The position numbers and the translations under genes were made by a program. A DNA stretch of 64,000 bases from a virus (lineage: Duplodnaviria; Caudoviricetes), in the IMG/VR virus record IMGVR_UViG_3300020331_000002, one strand, 5' to 3'. The notes beneath the pieces were generated by a model. That model was not told the origin of the DNA. It was given only the letters and a program-made list of their open reading frames with translations, and did not search any database. Positions 47,588 through 57,112 of the stretch are shown in pieces (the stretch's first letter is position 1; every line of letters starts with the position of its first letter).

Positions 47588-49051
47588 ATGAAAACGGCAA
47601 TTATAAAAATATTAGACGAAGTAAACGTCAAAATAGAAGGCGCTGATCCGCTAGTCAGACGTAAAATGGTAGACGCTTGTCGGTTCTTTGTACCGAATGC
47701 TCGCCATACGCCTGCGTATAAATTAGGCCGATGGGACGGGTATAAAAACCTCTGTACTATCGGTGGTAGAACTTATCTAGCCATGCTGGAAAGAGTTCTG
47801 CCTATTCTAATAGAAGCAGGATACCACGTTGACATAGACGACCAACGCCAAGACTTTAGTTTCATTAAGTTCGATGAGCTTAAGTCAGATTCTTACTCTC
47901 ACTTTATATGGCCTGAAGGCCATCCTTTCGAAGGGCAAGCCCTTTCTCTGTATGACCACCAGCTAGACGTACTCAACGGTTGTGGTCAGAACTTACAAAG
48001 TGTTTATATTGCGCCTACCGCAGCCGGGAAGACGATCGTCACAGCTATACTGAGTGACATGATAGGCAAGTATGGCGGTTCTCTCGTAATAGTTCCAACT
48101 AAAGACCTTGTAGACCAAACATGTGAAGAATACCACAACATGGGTTTGGATTACGGTAAGTTTTACGGGGACGAGAAAAACGTCACAGCGCAACATATAG
48201 TTGGCACATGGCAGTCACTTGAACAGGCGCGTCTTAACACTAAAAAGCAGAACGGTAAGGTAACTATCGATCAAGTATTGGACGGCAAAGTCGGCGTTAT
48301 TGTGGATGAAACACACAAAGCAAAAGGCACTGTATTACTTGATCTACTTTGTAACGAAATGGCGCATATTCCTATTCGCTGGGGTCTAACAGGTACGTTG
48401 CCAGAAGACGAGATTGGTCAGTGTTCGCTAGAGTGTGCGGTGGGTCCTACATCTGGTAAAATAGATAACCGTGACCTACAAGAAAAAGGCATCCTTAGTA
48501 AGTGTCATATAGATGTGTTGCAGACTGTGGAGTTATACGAAAAGATAGGTGACTATCACACTGAGAATAAGTTCTTAACTAGTGATCGCAAGCGTATAGA
48601 GAGTATAGTTGAGAAACTTATCTTGCCTAAGAAGGATGGCCAAAACGCGCTTATCCTTGTTGATAAAATACCGACTGGTAAATTGCTTGAAGAACTAATC
48701 CCAGGAAGTATATTCGTTCACGGCGGTACCCCTAAAGACAAGCGTAAAGAAGCATATGACTTGGCGAAAACCAACGACGACATAACGGTAATTGCTACAA
48801 CCGGGGTAGCGTCAACTGGTATCTCGATTAACCGTATATTCAAATTGTTTATGTTTGAGCTGGGCAAGTCGTATATCAAAATCATTCAGACGATAGGTCG
48901 TGGCTTGCGTATAGCCAAAGACAAAGACTTTGTCAACATCTACGACATATGTGCAAACACCAAGTATTCTAAGAAGCACTTGACTGTGAGAAAGAAACAC
49001 TATCGCACTCATGGCTATCCGCATAAAGTGAACAAGGTGGAAATCTACTGA
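47588..49051 (+). CDS. uvsW: SF2 DNA helicase
   Basis: APTAAGKT, IVDETH, GLTGT, STGISI and QTIGRGLR motifs. Confidence 0.93.
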   Translation: MKTAIIKILDEVNVKIEGADPLVRRKMVDACRFFVPNARHTPAYKLGRWDGYKNLCTIGGRTYLAMLERVLPILIEAGYHVDIDDQRQDFSFIKFDELKSDSYSHFIWPEGHPFEGQALSLYDHQLDVLNGCGQNLQSVYIAPTAAGKTIVTAILSDMIGKYGGSLVIVPTKDLVDQTCEEYHNMGLDYGKFYGDEKNVTAQHIVGTWQSLEQARLNTKKQNGKVTIDQVLDGKVGVIVDETHKAKGTVLLDLLCNEMAHIPIRWGLTGTLPEDEIGQCSLECAVGPTSGKIDNRDLQEKGILSKCHIDVLQTVELYEKIGDYHTENKFLTSDRKRIESIVEKLILPKKDGQNALILVDKIPTGKLLEELIPGSIFVHGGTPKDKRKEAYDLAKTNDDITVIATTGVASTGISINRIFKLFMFELGKSYIKIIQTIGRGLRIAKDKDFVNIYDICANTKYSKKHLTVRKKHYRTHGYPHKVNKVEIY

Positions 49052-49557
49052 TGATAAAAATGATTGCAGCACACGACACCAATAAAGGCATCGGTATTGA
49101 CAATAAGCTGCCGTGGCATTTGCCTGAAGACCTCGCTCATTTTAAACGTGAGACTGAAGGCAAATATGTCCTGATGGGTAGAAAAACTTTCGAAAGTATC
49201 GGAAGGCCCTTGCCGAATAGGCACTCAGTTGTCTTGACACGTGATACCGATTGGCCTTATAATAGTGACTTGGCTAGTAATGATAACTTCGACACTTTGA
49301 ATACGCGTGTAGAGCTGCTAGAGTTCTTAAACTACGCTGAACAACGCGGCGAAGATGTCATAGTTATAGGCGGCAGTGAGATTTACCAAATGCTGATTAA
49401 GTCAGCTGATGAGCTTATTATCACTGTCGTTGAGGGCGATTATAAGGTTGATTCTTATTTCCCTGATTACGAGCAACTTTTCGAAGAATACGAAAGAAGT
49501 CAGCACACAAGTAAAACTGGCTTAGGCTATACAATAATAAGAATGAGAGCCGTATGA
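49051..49557 (+). CDS. folA: Dihydrofolate reductase
   Basis: GIGIDNKLPWHLPEDLAHFK, MGRKTFESIGRPLPNR and VIGG.EIY. Confidence 0.97.
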   Translation: MIKMIAAHDTNKGIGIDNKLPWHLPEDLAHFKRETEGKYVLMGRKTFESIGRPLPNRHSVVLTRDTDWPYNSDLASNDNFDTLNTRVELLEFLNYAEQRGEDVIVIGGSEIYQMLIKSADELIITVVEGDYKVDSYFPDYEQLFEEYERSQHTSKTGLGYTIIRMRAV

Positions 49558-50078
49558 AAATACTCACACCCGATAACACACTGTACGACTTGGATCAAAT
49601 GCCTGACATGGTTGACGATGTCAAGTTCAGCGTGCTTGACTTCAGTAAAGGCCGCCGTAATATAGATGAGCCTGATTTCTATTTCAGTAGCTTAATCTTT
49701 ATGGAGCGCTTTTCTACTCCTGCTGCGCTACTGCAAATAGGTGAATTTGAACTTAAGGTACCACTAAACTGGTCTATCATGATTACCAGTAATGAGTTTG
49801 ATGAAATGTGCATGGTGCCTATTAACTCAATACCCAAGCGCAACTTTACCGCGTTCGTGTATAACCCGTTAAAAGGCGGCCTACCATCAGCACTACCTGT
49901 TGAAATTAAAACGCTGTATCGCAACTATGAATGGCACGCACCTAAGGTGAACCCGGCTAACTTGATTACTATGCCTATTAGTAATACAGAAAACGCTATT
50001 AGAGGTCCACACTGCGTCTATATCGCACGCGAAACAGCAAACGTTCCAAAGACATTCTCACTAGCGGATATACTGTGA
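49554..50078 (+). CDS. Conserved-looking hypothetical protein of the replication module
   Basis: Coupled to DHFR; no recognised motif. Confidence 0.75.
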   Translation: MKILTPDNTLYDLDQMPDMVDDVKFSVLDFSKGRRNIDEPDFYFSSLIFMERFSTPAALLQIGEFELKVPLNWSIMITSNEFDEMCMVPINSIPKRNFTAFVYNPLKGGLPSALPVEIKTLYRNYEWHAPKVNPANLITMPISNTENAIRGPHCVYIARETANVPKTFSLADIL

Positions 50079-50079
50079 T

Positions 50080-50547
50080 ATGAGCACTACGAGCAAGCGC
50101 AAAATTGATCTTAAATCGATGTTGAACGCAGTTGCCATGGCCGACTTTGGATGGTACGATCGTTTAGACGAAGACCAACAAAAAGAGCTCAGCATTTATG
50201 CGCTTAATCGGTTTATTAGTAATTCGTCAAAATACCCTGATATGTCTATTATTATGGTAAATGACTTAGCTAACGTTCATGCGAACGTATTCTATAAGCA
50301 CAAAGCGATGCACTGGAAGCTCGTATGTGCTGCGATCGGCATGGGGCATGCTATGCGATTTGAATACGTGCCGCCGCCGAAACGTAAAAAACTTGATCCT
50401 ATGACTTCTATTGTCATGGAAGCCAATCCTTTATGGAATGAGACTGAAGCCCAAATAGTACTAAGTAGTATGAGCAAGAAAGAAAAACGCTTGTATCTTA
50501 AAGACAGGGGCTATCAGAACGATGAGATTAAAAAGTTGGTTAAGTAA
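50080..50547 (+). CDS. gp62: Sliding-clamp loader small subunit (probable)
   Basis: Size, YALNRFIS and H.AMHWKL motifs; position in the replication cluster. Confidence 0.6.
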   Translation: MSTTSKRKIDLKSMLNAVAMADFGWYDRLDEDQQKELSIYALNRFISNSSKYPDMSIIMVNDLANVHANVFYKHKAMHWKLVCAAIGMGHAMRFEYVPPPKRKKLDPMTSIVMEANPLWNETEAQIVLSSMSKKEKRLYLKDRGYQNDEIKKLVK

Positions 50548-51224
50548 TGGCAGATAAGTTTGAATGTAGATTTTGTAAGAAGAAGTTTTCTAAGGAAAAT
50601 ACTTTACTTGTCCATAAATGCATGAAAAAACAGCGTTACGAAGATCGTGACACTGTTGGCGCTCGCTTAGGGTTAGAGGCCTATAATCTGTTTCTAAAAT
50701 CATGTTCAAACCGCAAGCAAGAAACACAAGAGTCGTTTATACACTCTAAGTATTACAAAGACTTTGTGAAGTTTGGTAGAGCTCTGTGTGACTTAAACCC
50801 GCTCAGTACCGAGGATTATATCAAATACTTGGTGAAGGAAGGCGTAGCACTAAACAAGTGGTGCCGCGCCGAGACTTATGATAAGTACATCATAAATCAC
50901 TTAGAAACTGAACCGGTGCAACGCGGGCTTGAACGTTCTATAACCGTAATGGCCGATTGGGCAGAGCGTAATAATATGACTTACGCTGATTACTTTAATC
51001 ACGTGTCTACGTTTGAAGCAGTTTCTCATATTCAGAGCGGTAAGATAACACCGTGGCTTATGTACTTGAGTGACGGCGGCCAAGCCCTTATGGAACGGTT
51101 TAGCCAAGATCAGATCAAAATAATTCAGGGTATAATTAACCCCGGTGAATGGCAGCTTATTTTTAATCAGCGCCGTAGTGATGTTAACTTTGCTTTAGAG
51201 ATTATAGATTCAGCATCCTTATGA
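50547..51224 (+). CDS. Zinc-finger-containing hypothetical protein
   Basis: N-terminal C-x2-C-x12-H-x-C (CRFC...HKC). Confidence 0.7.
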   Translation: MADKFECRFCKKKFSKENTLLVHKCMKKQRYEDRDTVGARLGLEAYNLFLKSCSNRKQETQESFIHSKYYKDFVKFGRALCDLNPLSTEDYIKYLVKEGVALNKWCRAETYDKYIINHLETEPVQRGLERSITVMADWAERNNMTYADYFNHVSTFEAVSHIQSGKITPWLMYLSDGGQALMERFSQDQIKIIQGIINPGEWQLIFNQRRSDVNFALEIIDSASL

Positions 51225-51853
51225 AAAGACATGGTGATATAGACATCGACGTTTGTGATCGAGACACTCTGTTAAAAGAATTAAATCATATAGACGCCTC
51301 TATGATAGGTCGTAATGGTGCCCTAACCCGACATAACGTTGGTGTGTACGGGCACGCCGTACCTGTAGATCCTTTCAGTAACTTGTGTTCACTTACATAT
51401 ACTGAGGCAGAAGAAGCAGGCTTTAAAAAAGTCGACCTACTTAACCTATCCAGTTTGAGCTTCTTTAAAAATAAACGCCATTTGCGCAATGTCATAGCCA
51501 AAGACCCCGATTGGGATATGTTTCTCGACAAGGGCGTTGTTATGCAGTTGAGTCAGATATCAGGTCACTACGGGCTTTTACGAAAGAAACGTCCGCGTTC
51601 TGTATTGGAGTTGGCTATGTTCATCGCGCTTATACGACCAGGCAAAAGTCACTTAAGAGAAAAGTCTTGGTATGAAATGTCTTCGGAAATATGGCAAAAA
51701 GGCACCGATGGTTATCAATTCAAAAAGAGTCACGCCATCGCTTATGCTTTGAACATCGTTGCTGAAATGAACCTGATCAAGTACGAGAAGGTTAAACTGA
51801 ATCAGTACGTAGATGTAATTACTGATCAAAAAGTTATTATCGACGATCTGTAA
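51221..51853 (+). CDS. dnaE: Miniature DNA polymerase III alpha (DnaE) catalytic core
   Basis: DIDIDV (catalytic DxD), RHNVGVY, KKVDLLNL (third Asp), ALIRPG and FKKSHAIAY, all within 210 aa. Confidence 0.85.
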   Translation: MKRHGDIDIDVCDRDTLLKELNHIDASMIGRNGALTRHNVGVYGHAVPVDPFSNLCSLTYTEAEEAGFKKVDLLNLSSLSFFKNKRHLRNVIAKDPDWDMFLDKGVVMQLSQISGHYGLLRKKRPRSVLELAMFIALIRPGKSHLREKSWYEMSSEIWQKGTDGYQFKKSHAIAYALNIVAEMNLIKYEKVKLNQYVDVITDQKVIIDDL

Positions 51854-51860
51854 ATTCTAC

Positions 51861-51889
51861 TTGAAATAACATTCATGATCTGTTACCTT
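51861..51889 (+). promoter_or_regulatory. sigma70-like promoter TTGAAA-17-TACCTT
   Basis: Upstream of 51906. Confidence 0.5.
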
Positions 51890-51905
51890 ATGTATAAAAT
51901 ACAAG

Positions 51906-52817
51906 GTGAATAATATGAATGTAGAAGAAAGACTAAGTAGAATCAACTCAGTAGTTGAATACTTTCACAACCAATACAGTGAGATAGACAACGCTACTGA
52001 GCGCCATAATATTTCGTATGCCAACAAGCTATCACCTCGACCAGCATATGCGGCCGCCCTGGTGCTTGACCGCAACATTATCCCTACGGGTACTGGCTCG
52101 TTGTTCTCAGATGACCGCTACGAAATCAGCTATCTTATACGCGCTGGGCGCACTACCGGTGAGATACTCGAGATAGATACTCGCCTTCATCAAGAAACTA
52201 TATCTGCAGGCCAAATTGACTCGTGCATGCGCACAGCAAATACAGCAAACGGATCTCGCGACCTGGGCTATCGTTCTTTGAGTGAAGCGGCCGCGAATGT
52301 GTTTATTGCAGGTATGTTAGTCGAAGCACGCAAAACGTCACTCGAGTTCCAACTAATCATTCTTGACAAAGAAAACAAAACTGAATCGGTGTTTGCTGTA
52401 TCATCGACGGAACCGTCACCCGGAGGTAAGCTGGAATCTTTCGACATCCAGTTTACTGACTTCGCACATTTAGGTATACCTGATTCTTGGATAACAATTG
52501 ATCTGATGGCAGAAAATTCAGCGTTTACTAGTGTACAACATAGCAGAACAAACGTACTGGGTGACGACCCAGTCACCTACTATAGTGGCCCAACTAAAGT
52601 GCAAAAAACGTACAGTGGTTTTACCAATGCTAGATCTGGTAACATGATGGTGCCTGATACTGTGCAGGTAATGTGGGTGACTGATGAAGGCGCCACAACT
52701 TATGACAACTTTTTTGTATTCGTGAAAAAGGAGTGTCCGGAAGCAATACCGCACCTTGTCTTGAATTACGGATATCCGGAGGATTTCGATGAACAAAACA
52801 ATATCATTAAACCGTGA
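51906..52817 (+). CDS. Hypothetical protein
   Basis: 303-aa ORF with AAGGTG SD. Confidence 0.75.
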   Translation: MNNMNVEERLSRINSVVEYFHNQYSEIDNATERHNISYANKLSPRPAYAAALVLDRNIIPTGTGSLFSDDRYEISYLIRAGRTTGEILEIDTRLHQETISAGQIDSCMRTANTANGSRDLGYRSLSEAAANVFIAGMLVEARKTSLEFQLIILDKENKTESVFAVSSTEPSPGGKLESFDIQFTDFAHLGIPDSWITIDLMAENSAFTSVQHSRTNVLGDDPVTYYSGPTKVQKTYSGFTNARSGNMMVPDTVQVMWVTDEGATTYDNFFVFVKKECPEAIPHLVLNYGYPEDFDEQNNIIKP

Positions 52818-53376
52818 CAACACGTTCTTCACCTCTGATTGGCATTTTGGCGACAAGAACATCATAAAAAATTGCAATCGTCCCTTTAGTGATATAGACG
52901 AAATGCACGCTGCCTTAATTGATATTTGGAACGCAAAAGTTTCTGATAATAGTACGGTAGTTAATATGGGCGACTTTGCTTTCTGGGGTCCGTCTAAGTT
53001 CGGTGAGCTAGGCAATGTACTTACACAGTTAAAGGGCAATATGCTATTTGTGCCTGGAAATCATGACCGGTTAAATCTATGGTACAATACACTCGACGCG
53101 TTTCCTGAGTTAAAAGATAAAGTGCGTATATTGCCGCCTGTCGCTGATTTTAGAGTCGGTAAACAACATATCGTCGGGTGCCACTACGCAATGATGATAT
53201 GGAATAAGCAACATTATGGCGCCTGGCACTTATACGGACACTCCCATGATATGCACTTAACTGGTATCGGTCTAAGCATGAATGTATGTATTGATGCTCA
53301 CCCTGATTTTGATTTGTTTACGTACGAAGAGATTGAAGAAAAGATATCAAAGTTAGAGATTTTTCGTCCGTTCTAA
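52789..53376 (+). CDS. Calcineurin-like metallophosphoesterase
   Basis: SDWH, MGD, GNHD, H and YGHSH motifs. Confidence 0.92.
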   Translation: MNKTISLNRDNTFFTSDWHFGDKNIIKNCNRPFSDIDEMHAALIDIWNAKVSDNSTVVNMGDFAFWGPSKFGELGNVLTQLKGNMLFVPGNHDRLNLWYNTLDAFPELKDKVRILPPVADFRVGKQHIVGCHYAMMIWNKQHYGAWHLYGHSHDMHLTGIGLSMNVCIDAHPDFDLFTYEEIEEKISKLEIFRPF

Positions 53377-53392
53377 AAAATCAAATTAAATC

Positions 53393-53421
53393 TTGATTTG
53401 GCAGGAAGTAGAAATTATAAT
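53393..53421 (+). promoter_or_regulatory. sigma70 promoter TTGATT-17-TATAAT
   Basis: Upstream of the vWA protein; -35 overlaps the inverted repeat AAATCAA-N8-TTGATTT. Confidence 0.8.
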
Positions 53422-53471
53422 ACTTTAAAATTTGGAACCCTTATAAAGTGTAAGGGTGTAAGGAGTATAAA

Positions 53472-54908
53472 ATGACAACACATTTTAACACGCAACACAC
53501 TCCTGTAGAAGAAGTTACTGAAGTAGAAGCCCGTACAGCAAACGGCGCAGTAACTAACATCACTTCCGGTGAGAAATCACTTGATTTGTTCTTTGTGGCA
53601 GGTGCATCCCGTAACATGGCCGACGACGAGATCATCATAATGTTTGATGAAGCGCACACCGAAAACCCAGATCTGACGTTTCGTGTATTGCAATGGGCTC
53701 GTGATGTGCGAGGCGGAGCAGGCGAACGACGTTTCTTTAAAACAATAATGAAACACTTGGTTGCTAACCAACGCACTTATGGTGCCAAAAATGTCAAGGC
53801 ACTACTAACCAAGTCGTCTGAGATTGGTCGCTGGCGCGACTTGCTTGACTTGTTCAACAAGTGCACCGATGCAAACAAGAAATTCATCGGTCAGTTGTTT
53901 AACGAAGCGCTTGATTCGGGCAACGGCTTGGCTGCTAAATGGCTTCCGCGCAAAGGTAAATTCGCGCGAGCTGTTCGTACGTCTATGGGCTACAAGGACA
54001 CGCCGAAGGAATACCGTCGCAAGATTGTTGACTTGACTAAAGTAGTTGAGACCCAAATGTGCCAAGGCAAGTGGGACGAGATCAATTATTCGCACGTACC
54101 GTCAGTCGCGTTTAAGAAATACCGCAAGGCGTTCCTGCGTCATGACCCTGTACGTTTTGAAGAATTCATCCAATCAGCTATTGAAGGTGAAACAAAGGTT
54201 AACGCCGGCGCAATATTCCCGCATGAAATACTTGCGCCTTTAGGTAAGAGAACAGTAACGTCAAAAACCGAAGTCGACGCCATGCAAGCACAGTGGCAAA
54301 ACTTGGCTGACTCGATGTCAAATGCGCCTGATGTACTGCCTATGATTGACGTTTCTGCGTCAATGAGAGGTGATCCTATGCATATTGCTGTGTCGCTCGG
54401 CATGTACTTGGCTGAACGTAACACTGGTCAATTCAAGAATGCGTACATGACTTTCGAGTCACGACCTCAGTTTGGCTTCGTGAAAGAGGGCGCTAAAATT
54501 GACGCTCGTTACAAGGATATTTTACGCGCAGGTTGGGGCGGCAGCACTGACTTATCGGCAGCGTTCAAGAAAATCCTCGAAGTTGCAGTGAACAACAATG
54601 TTCCGGCTGACCATATGCCTAAGATGTTGCTTGTGTTATCTGACATGGAGTTCAATTCCTGGGGTAACCGCGGTCTTACATCCACTGTAAAAGACTTGTT
54701 TAAAAAGGCAGGCTATGAGTGTCCTACTATTGTGTTCTGGAACTTAGCTGCTCGACCTGGCAACAACCCGGTAAAAGCTACTGATAAAGACATGGTAATG
54801 GTGTCTGGATTTAGCCCGGCCATAGCGAAGACCATTATAGAAGGCAAGGACCTATCACCGATGGGAATAATGCTTGACGCTATTATGAAAGATCGCTATA
54901 CACTGTGA
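53472..54908 (+). CDS. DUF2828-type TROVE-like helical domain plus C-terminal vWA domain
   Basis: RDVRGGAGERRFF, AKWLPRK, MIDAS DVSASM, GGSTD, LSDMEF and VFWN. Confidence 0.8.
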   Translation: MTTHFNTQHTPVEEVTEVEARTANGAVTNITSGEKSLDLFFVAGASRNMADDEIIIMFDEAHTENPDLTFRVLQWARDVRGGAGERRFFKTIMKHLVANQRTYGAKNVKALLTKSSEIGRWRDLLDLFNKCTDANKKFIGQLFNEALDSGNGLAAKWLPRKGKFARAVRTSMGYKDTPKEYRRKIVDLTKVVETQMCQGKWDEINYSHVPSVAFKKYRKAFLRHDPVRFEEFIQSAIEGETKVNAGAIFPHEILAPLGKRTVTSKTEVDAMQAQWQNLADSMSNAPDVLPMIDVSASMRGDPMHIAVSLGMYLAERNTGQFKNAYMTFESRPQFGFVKEGAKIDARYKDILRAGWGGSTDLSAAFKKILEVAVNNNVPADHMPKMLLVLSDMEFNSWGNRGLTSTVKDLFKKAGYECPTIVFWNLAARPGNNPVKATDKDMVMVSGFSPAIAKTIIEGKDLSPMGIMLDAIMKDRYTL

Positions 54909-54930
54909 GGCGTAGTGCGCCCTAGTATTT

Positions 54931-54957
54931 AAAGAAGGGGCTTTTGGTCCCTTCTTT
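54931..54957. terminator. Bidirectional terminator
   Basis: AAAGAAGGG-N9-CCCTTCTTT. Confidence 0.8.
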
Positions 54958-54967
54958 CGCATTGCGA

Positions 54968-54974
54968 ATAAATA
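54968..54974 (+). promoter_or_regulatory. Late promoter box ATAAATA
   Basis: Upstream of 54996. Confidence 0.5.
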
Positions 54975-54995
54975 CATAAAAATACAGGGAGACAC

Positions 54996-55283
54996 ATGTA
55001 CACAAGCTTTCAACTTAAGAGTTGTGCAAAAACTCGATACTATATCAGGACAGTGAACCTAAGTACGCATTGTATGCTGACTGAAGAGTTACTGGTGATA
55101 TATGGTGAAGAGTTGTGCGATGAAAAGTATGAACCGGGCGTTACCTTACCAAAAGGCTTTCGTGTTGAGTTTTATGAACTTGATGATTTCCTCAATACAG
55201 ATATGGCCATAAACATAGACAATAACAAAAAGGAAACAATACGTGAAAGAACGCTATCAGGCATTGATTGCCCCGCTGCTTGA
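54996..55283 (+). CDS. Hypothetical protein
   Basis: GGGAG SD. Confidence 0.6.
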   Translation: MYTSFQLKSCAKTRYYIRTVNLSTHCMLTEELLVIYGEELCDEKYEPGVTLPKGFRVEFYELDDFLNTDMAINIDNNKKETIRERTLSGIDCPAA

Positions 55284-55824
55284 ACTCGATCCCGGATTTC
55301 AAGAGTATTTCGATTTTGCTTATAACGCGCACATTGATCGCAAAAGAATCGGGACAAACGATCTATATATTATCCACCCCATTAACGTAGCGTTAAACGT
55401 CCTGGAAACGGGCTTGACGCACGATGAAAAGGTGATGGCAATCCGTGTAGCTGTAATGCACGATGTCGTGGAAGACGAAGACGTAGAGCTTGTTACGGTA
55501 ATTAATGAATTCGGTACTGAGTTTGCGTATCATCTGTATTACACTTATACAGAGATAACCAAGTCTTCAGGCAACCGCAAGTTTAGGAAAATACTTGAGG
55601 CCAATCACTATGCTGCTGGTACCCGAGTATCACAGACCGTCAAAGTGTGCGATGCTGCCGATAATATAATGACGATTCATTTGAAGTCGGGCCGCAAGTT
55701 TGCATATGATTATATGAATGAAAAGGTTACACTTCATCATAAACTTGCATTGGCCGATCCATTGTCACTCAAGTTATTTGTTAAAAGGATGTCGATTGTT
55801 AAACAAGCACTAAAGGCTATCTAG
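55243..55824 (+). CDS. HD-domain hydrolase, RelA/SpoT-HD (Mesh1/SAH)-like
   Basis: AYNAH..RKR.G...YIIHP..VA, MHDVVED and VKVCD..DN. Confidence 0.85.
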   Translation: MKERYQALIAPLLELDPGFQEYFDFAYNAHIDRKRIGTNDLYIIHPINVALNVLETGLTHDEKVMAIRVAVMHDVVEDEDVELVTVINEFGTEFAYHLYYTYTEITKSSGNRKFRKILEANHYAAGTRVSQTVKVCDAADNIMTIHLKSGRKFAYDYMNEKVTLHHKLALADPLSLKLFVKRMSIVKQALKAI

Positions 55825-56192
55825 CCCATATTAGTTACCAGCTTAACAACGCGCTTCTTGCCGAATTTCTTTTGACACATCTCGTCTAAACTGACGTAGG
55901 GTCCAAACAAGACTTCTACGTCTTTTTCCCTGTACGTTCGTACAGTATGTGAAAACGCTTTCATCTCTTCAAATAAATACACACCAATCGGGATTGATCT
56001 ATTTGTTTCCCACCACCAGTTTGAACCGAGTTTAAGGAATAACACTTTTTCATCGTGGTCCGTAAGTGCTTCGAAATCATAGAAGGTAACGGCCTTACTC
56101 GCTACATTTTCAATAATTCCTAAATATTCGTCATCTCCTATTTTCAAGCCAGTTAGAAAAGGAAATTTTTTAGTTAGTTCGTCTTGGGTCAT
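55821..56192 (-). CDS. Conserved-looking hypothetical protein
   Basis: FPFLT, EYLGIIEN and WWWETNRSIPI motif. Confidence 0.8.
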   Translation of the reverse strand: MTQDELTKKFPFLTGLKIGDDEYLGIIENVASKAVTFYDFEALTDHDEKVLFLKLGSNWWWETNRSIPIGVYLFEEMKAFSHTVRTYREKDVEVLFGPYVSLDEMCQKKFGKKRVVKLVTNMG

Positions 56193-56203
56193 TTTGCTAC
56201 CTG

Positions 56204-56210
56204 CTAAATA
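56204..56210 (+). promoter_or_regulatory. Late promoter box CTAAATA
   Basis: Upstream of 56233. Confidence 0.6.
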
Positions 56211-56232
56211 TCTTTAAAAAGGCATATTTGTT

Positions 56233-57054
56233 GTGTTGTACACCATATATTTATGTAACCATGAAAGTACCGTTTTCGTGGGAATACCGAGGACTTATAG
56301 CATGAATGACAATGATACCATCACCCTCCACCGCGGTGTTGACAATACTCATTATTTTAGAGTCCGTAACCGTGACATGAAACGCCAGAATGTGAGCGGC
56401 CTTGTGGTTATGGCAAAGATCGTGGATCGCATGAATGGCGATAAAGTATTTGAAAAAAGATTAATACAAACTGACGATGATCAGTTTTCGTTAAATGTAC
56501 TCGAAGGTGAGCTACTAGAGGTTGAGCCTGGCTATTACGAGATGGTTCTTGAGTCTATGGAAATGTTCGACACCAACAATTACGAACATAACCCGCGCCA
56601 ACCTCTTTACCGGGACTTGAACGGCGAGATTCGTTTCGAAGTAGAGGTAACAGGCCACGCAGATAGCACACCGCGCCCTAGTAGAGAAGAGATAAAACCG
56701 TTTGAAAAATGGCTTCCTACGTTAAAAGACGGTGTAACGGTGTATAGTAGTTCAGCTATACCATGTAACGCTCTAAGAAACCACAGAAACAGCCTACACA
56801 CGATGTCTATCCAAGCAGATAACTTTAGCGGAACGCTAGAGATATACGGTACTCTGGAACTAGATCCGCCGCCGGATAATAATTCTTGGTTTCCTGTTAC
56901 TGTACAAGATTTGCCTGTAAACGAGATACAGATGGATAAGTTTACCGGCACCCATGCCTTTAACGTAGTGGGTAATCTTTACTGGGTGAAGTTCATCCTC
57001 AAAGGTGATTTGGACAACTTAGGAACTTTCGACAAACTGACTTGGCGATCTTGA
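56233..57054 (+). CDS. Hypothetical beta-rich late (virion) protein
   Basis: RGVDN..F.VRNRD.K motif; late box. Confidence 0.7.
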   Translation: MLYTIYLCNHESTVFVGIPRTYSMNDNDTITLHRGVDNTHYFRVRNRDMKRQNVSGLVVMAKIVDRMNGDKVFEKRLIQTDDDQFSLNVLEGELLEVEPGYYEMVLESMEMFDTNNYEHNPRQPLYRDLNGEIRFEVEVTGHADSTPRPSREEIKPFEKWLPTLKDGVTVYSSSAIPCNALRNHRNSLHTMSIQADNFSGTLEIYGTLELDPPPDNNSWFPVTVQDLPVNEIQMDKFTGTHAFNVVGNLYWVKFILKGDLDNLGTFDKLTWRS

Positions 57055-57079
57055 TTATTTTGGCGGCTGGCATTATACT
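57051..57079 (+). promoter_or_regulatory. sigma70 promoter TTGATT-17-TATACT
   Basis: Upstream of the primase-helicase pair. Confidence 0.7.
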
Positions 57080-57112
57080 ACTGCGCACAAAAGCCAAAAT
57101 AATAAGAAGAAT

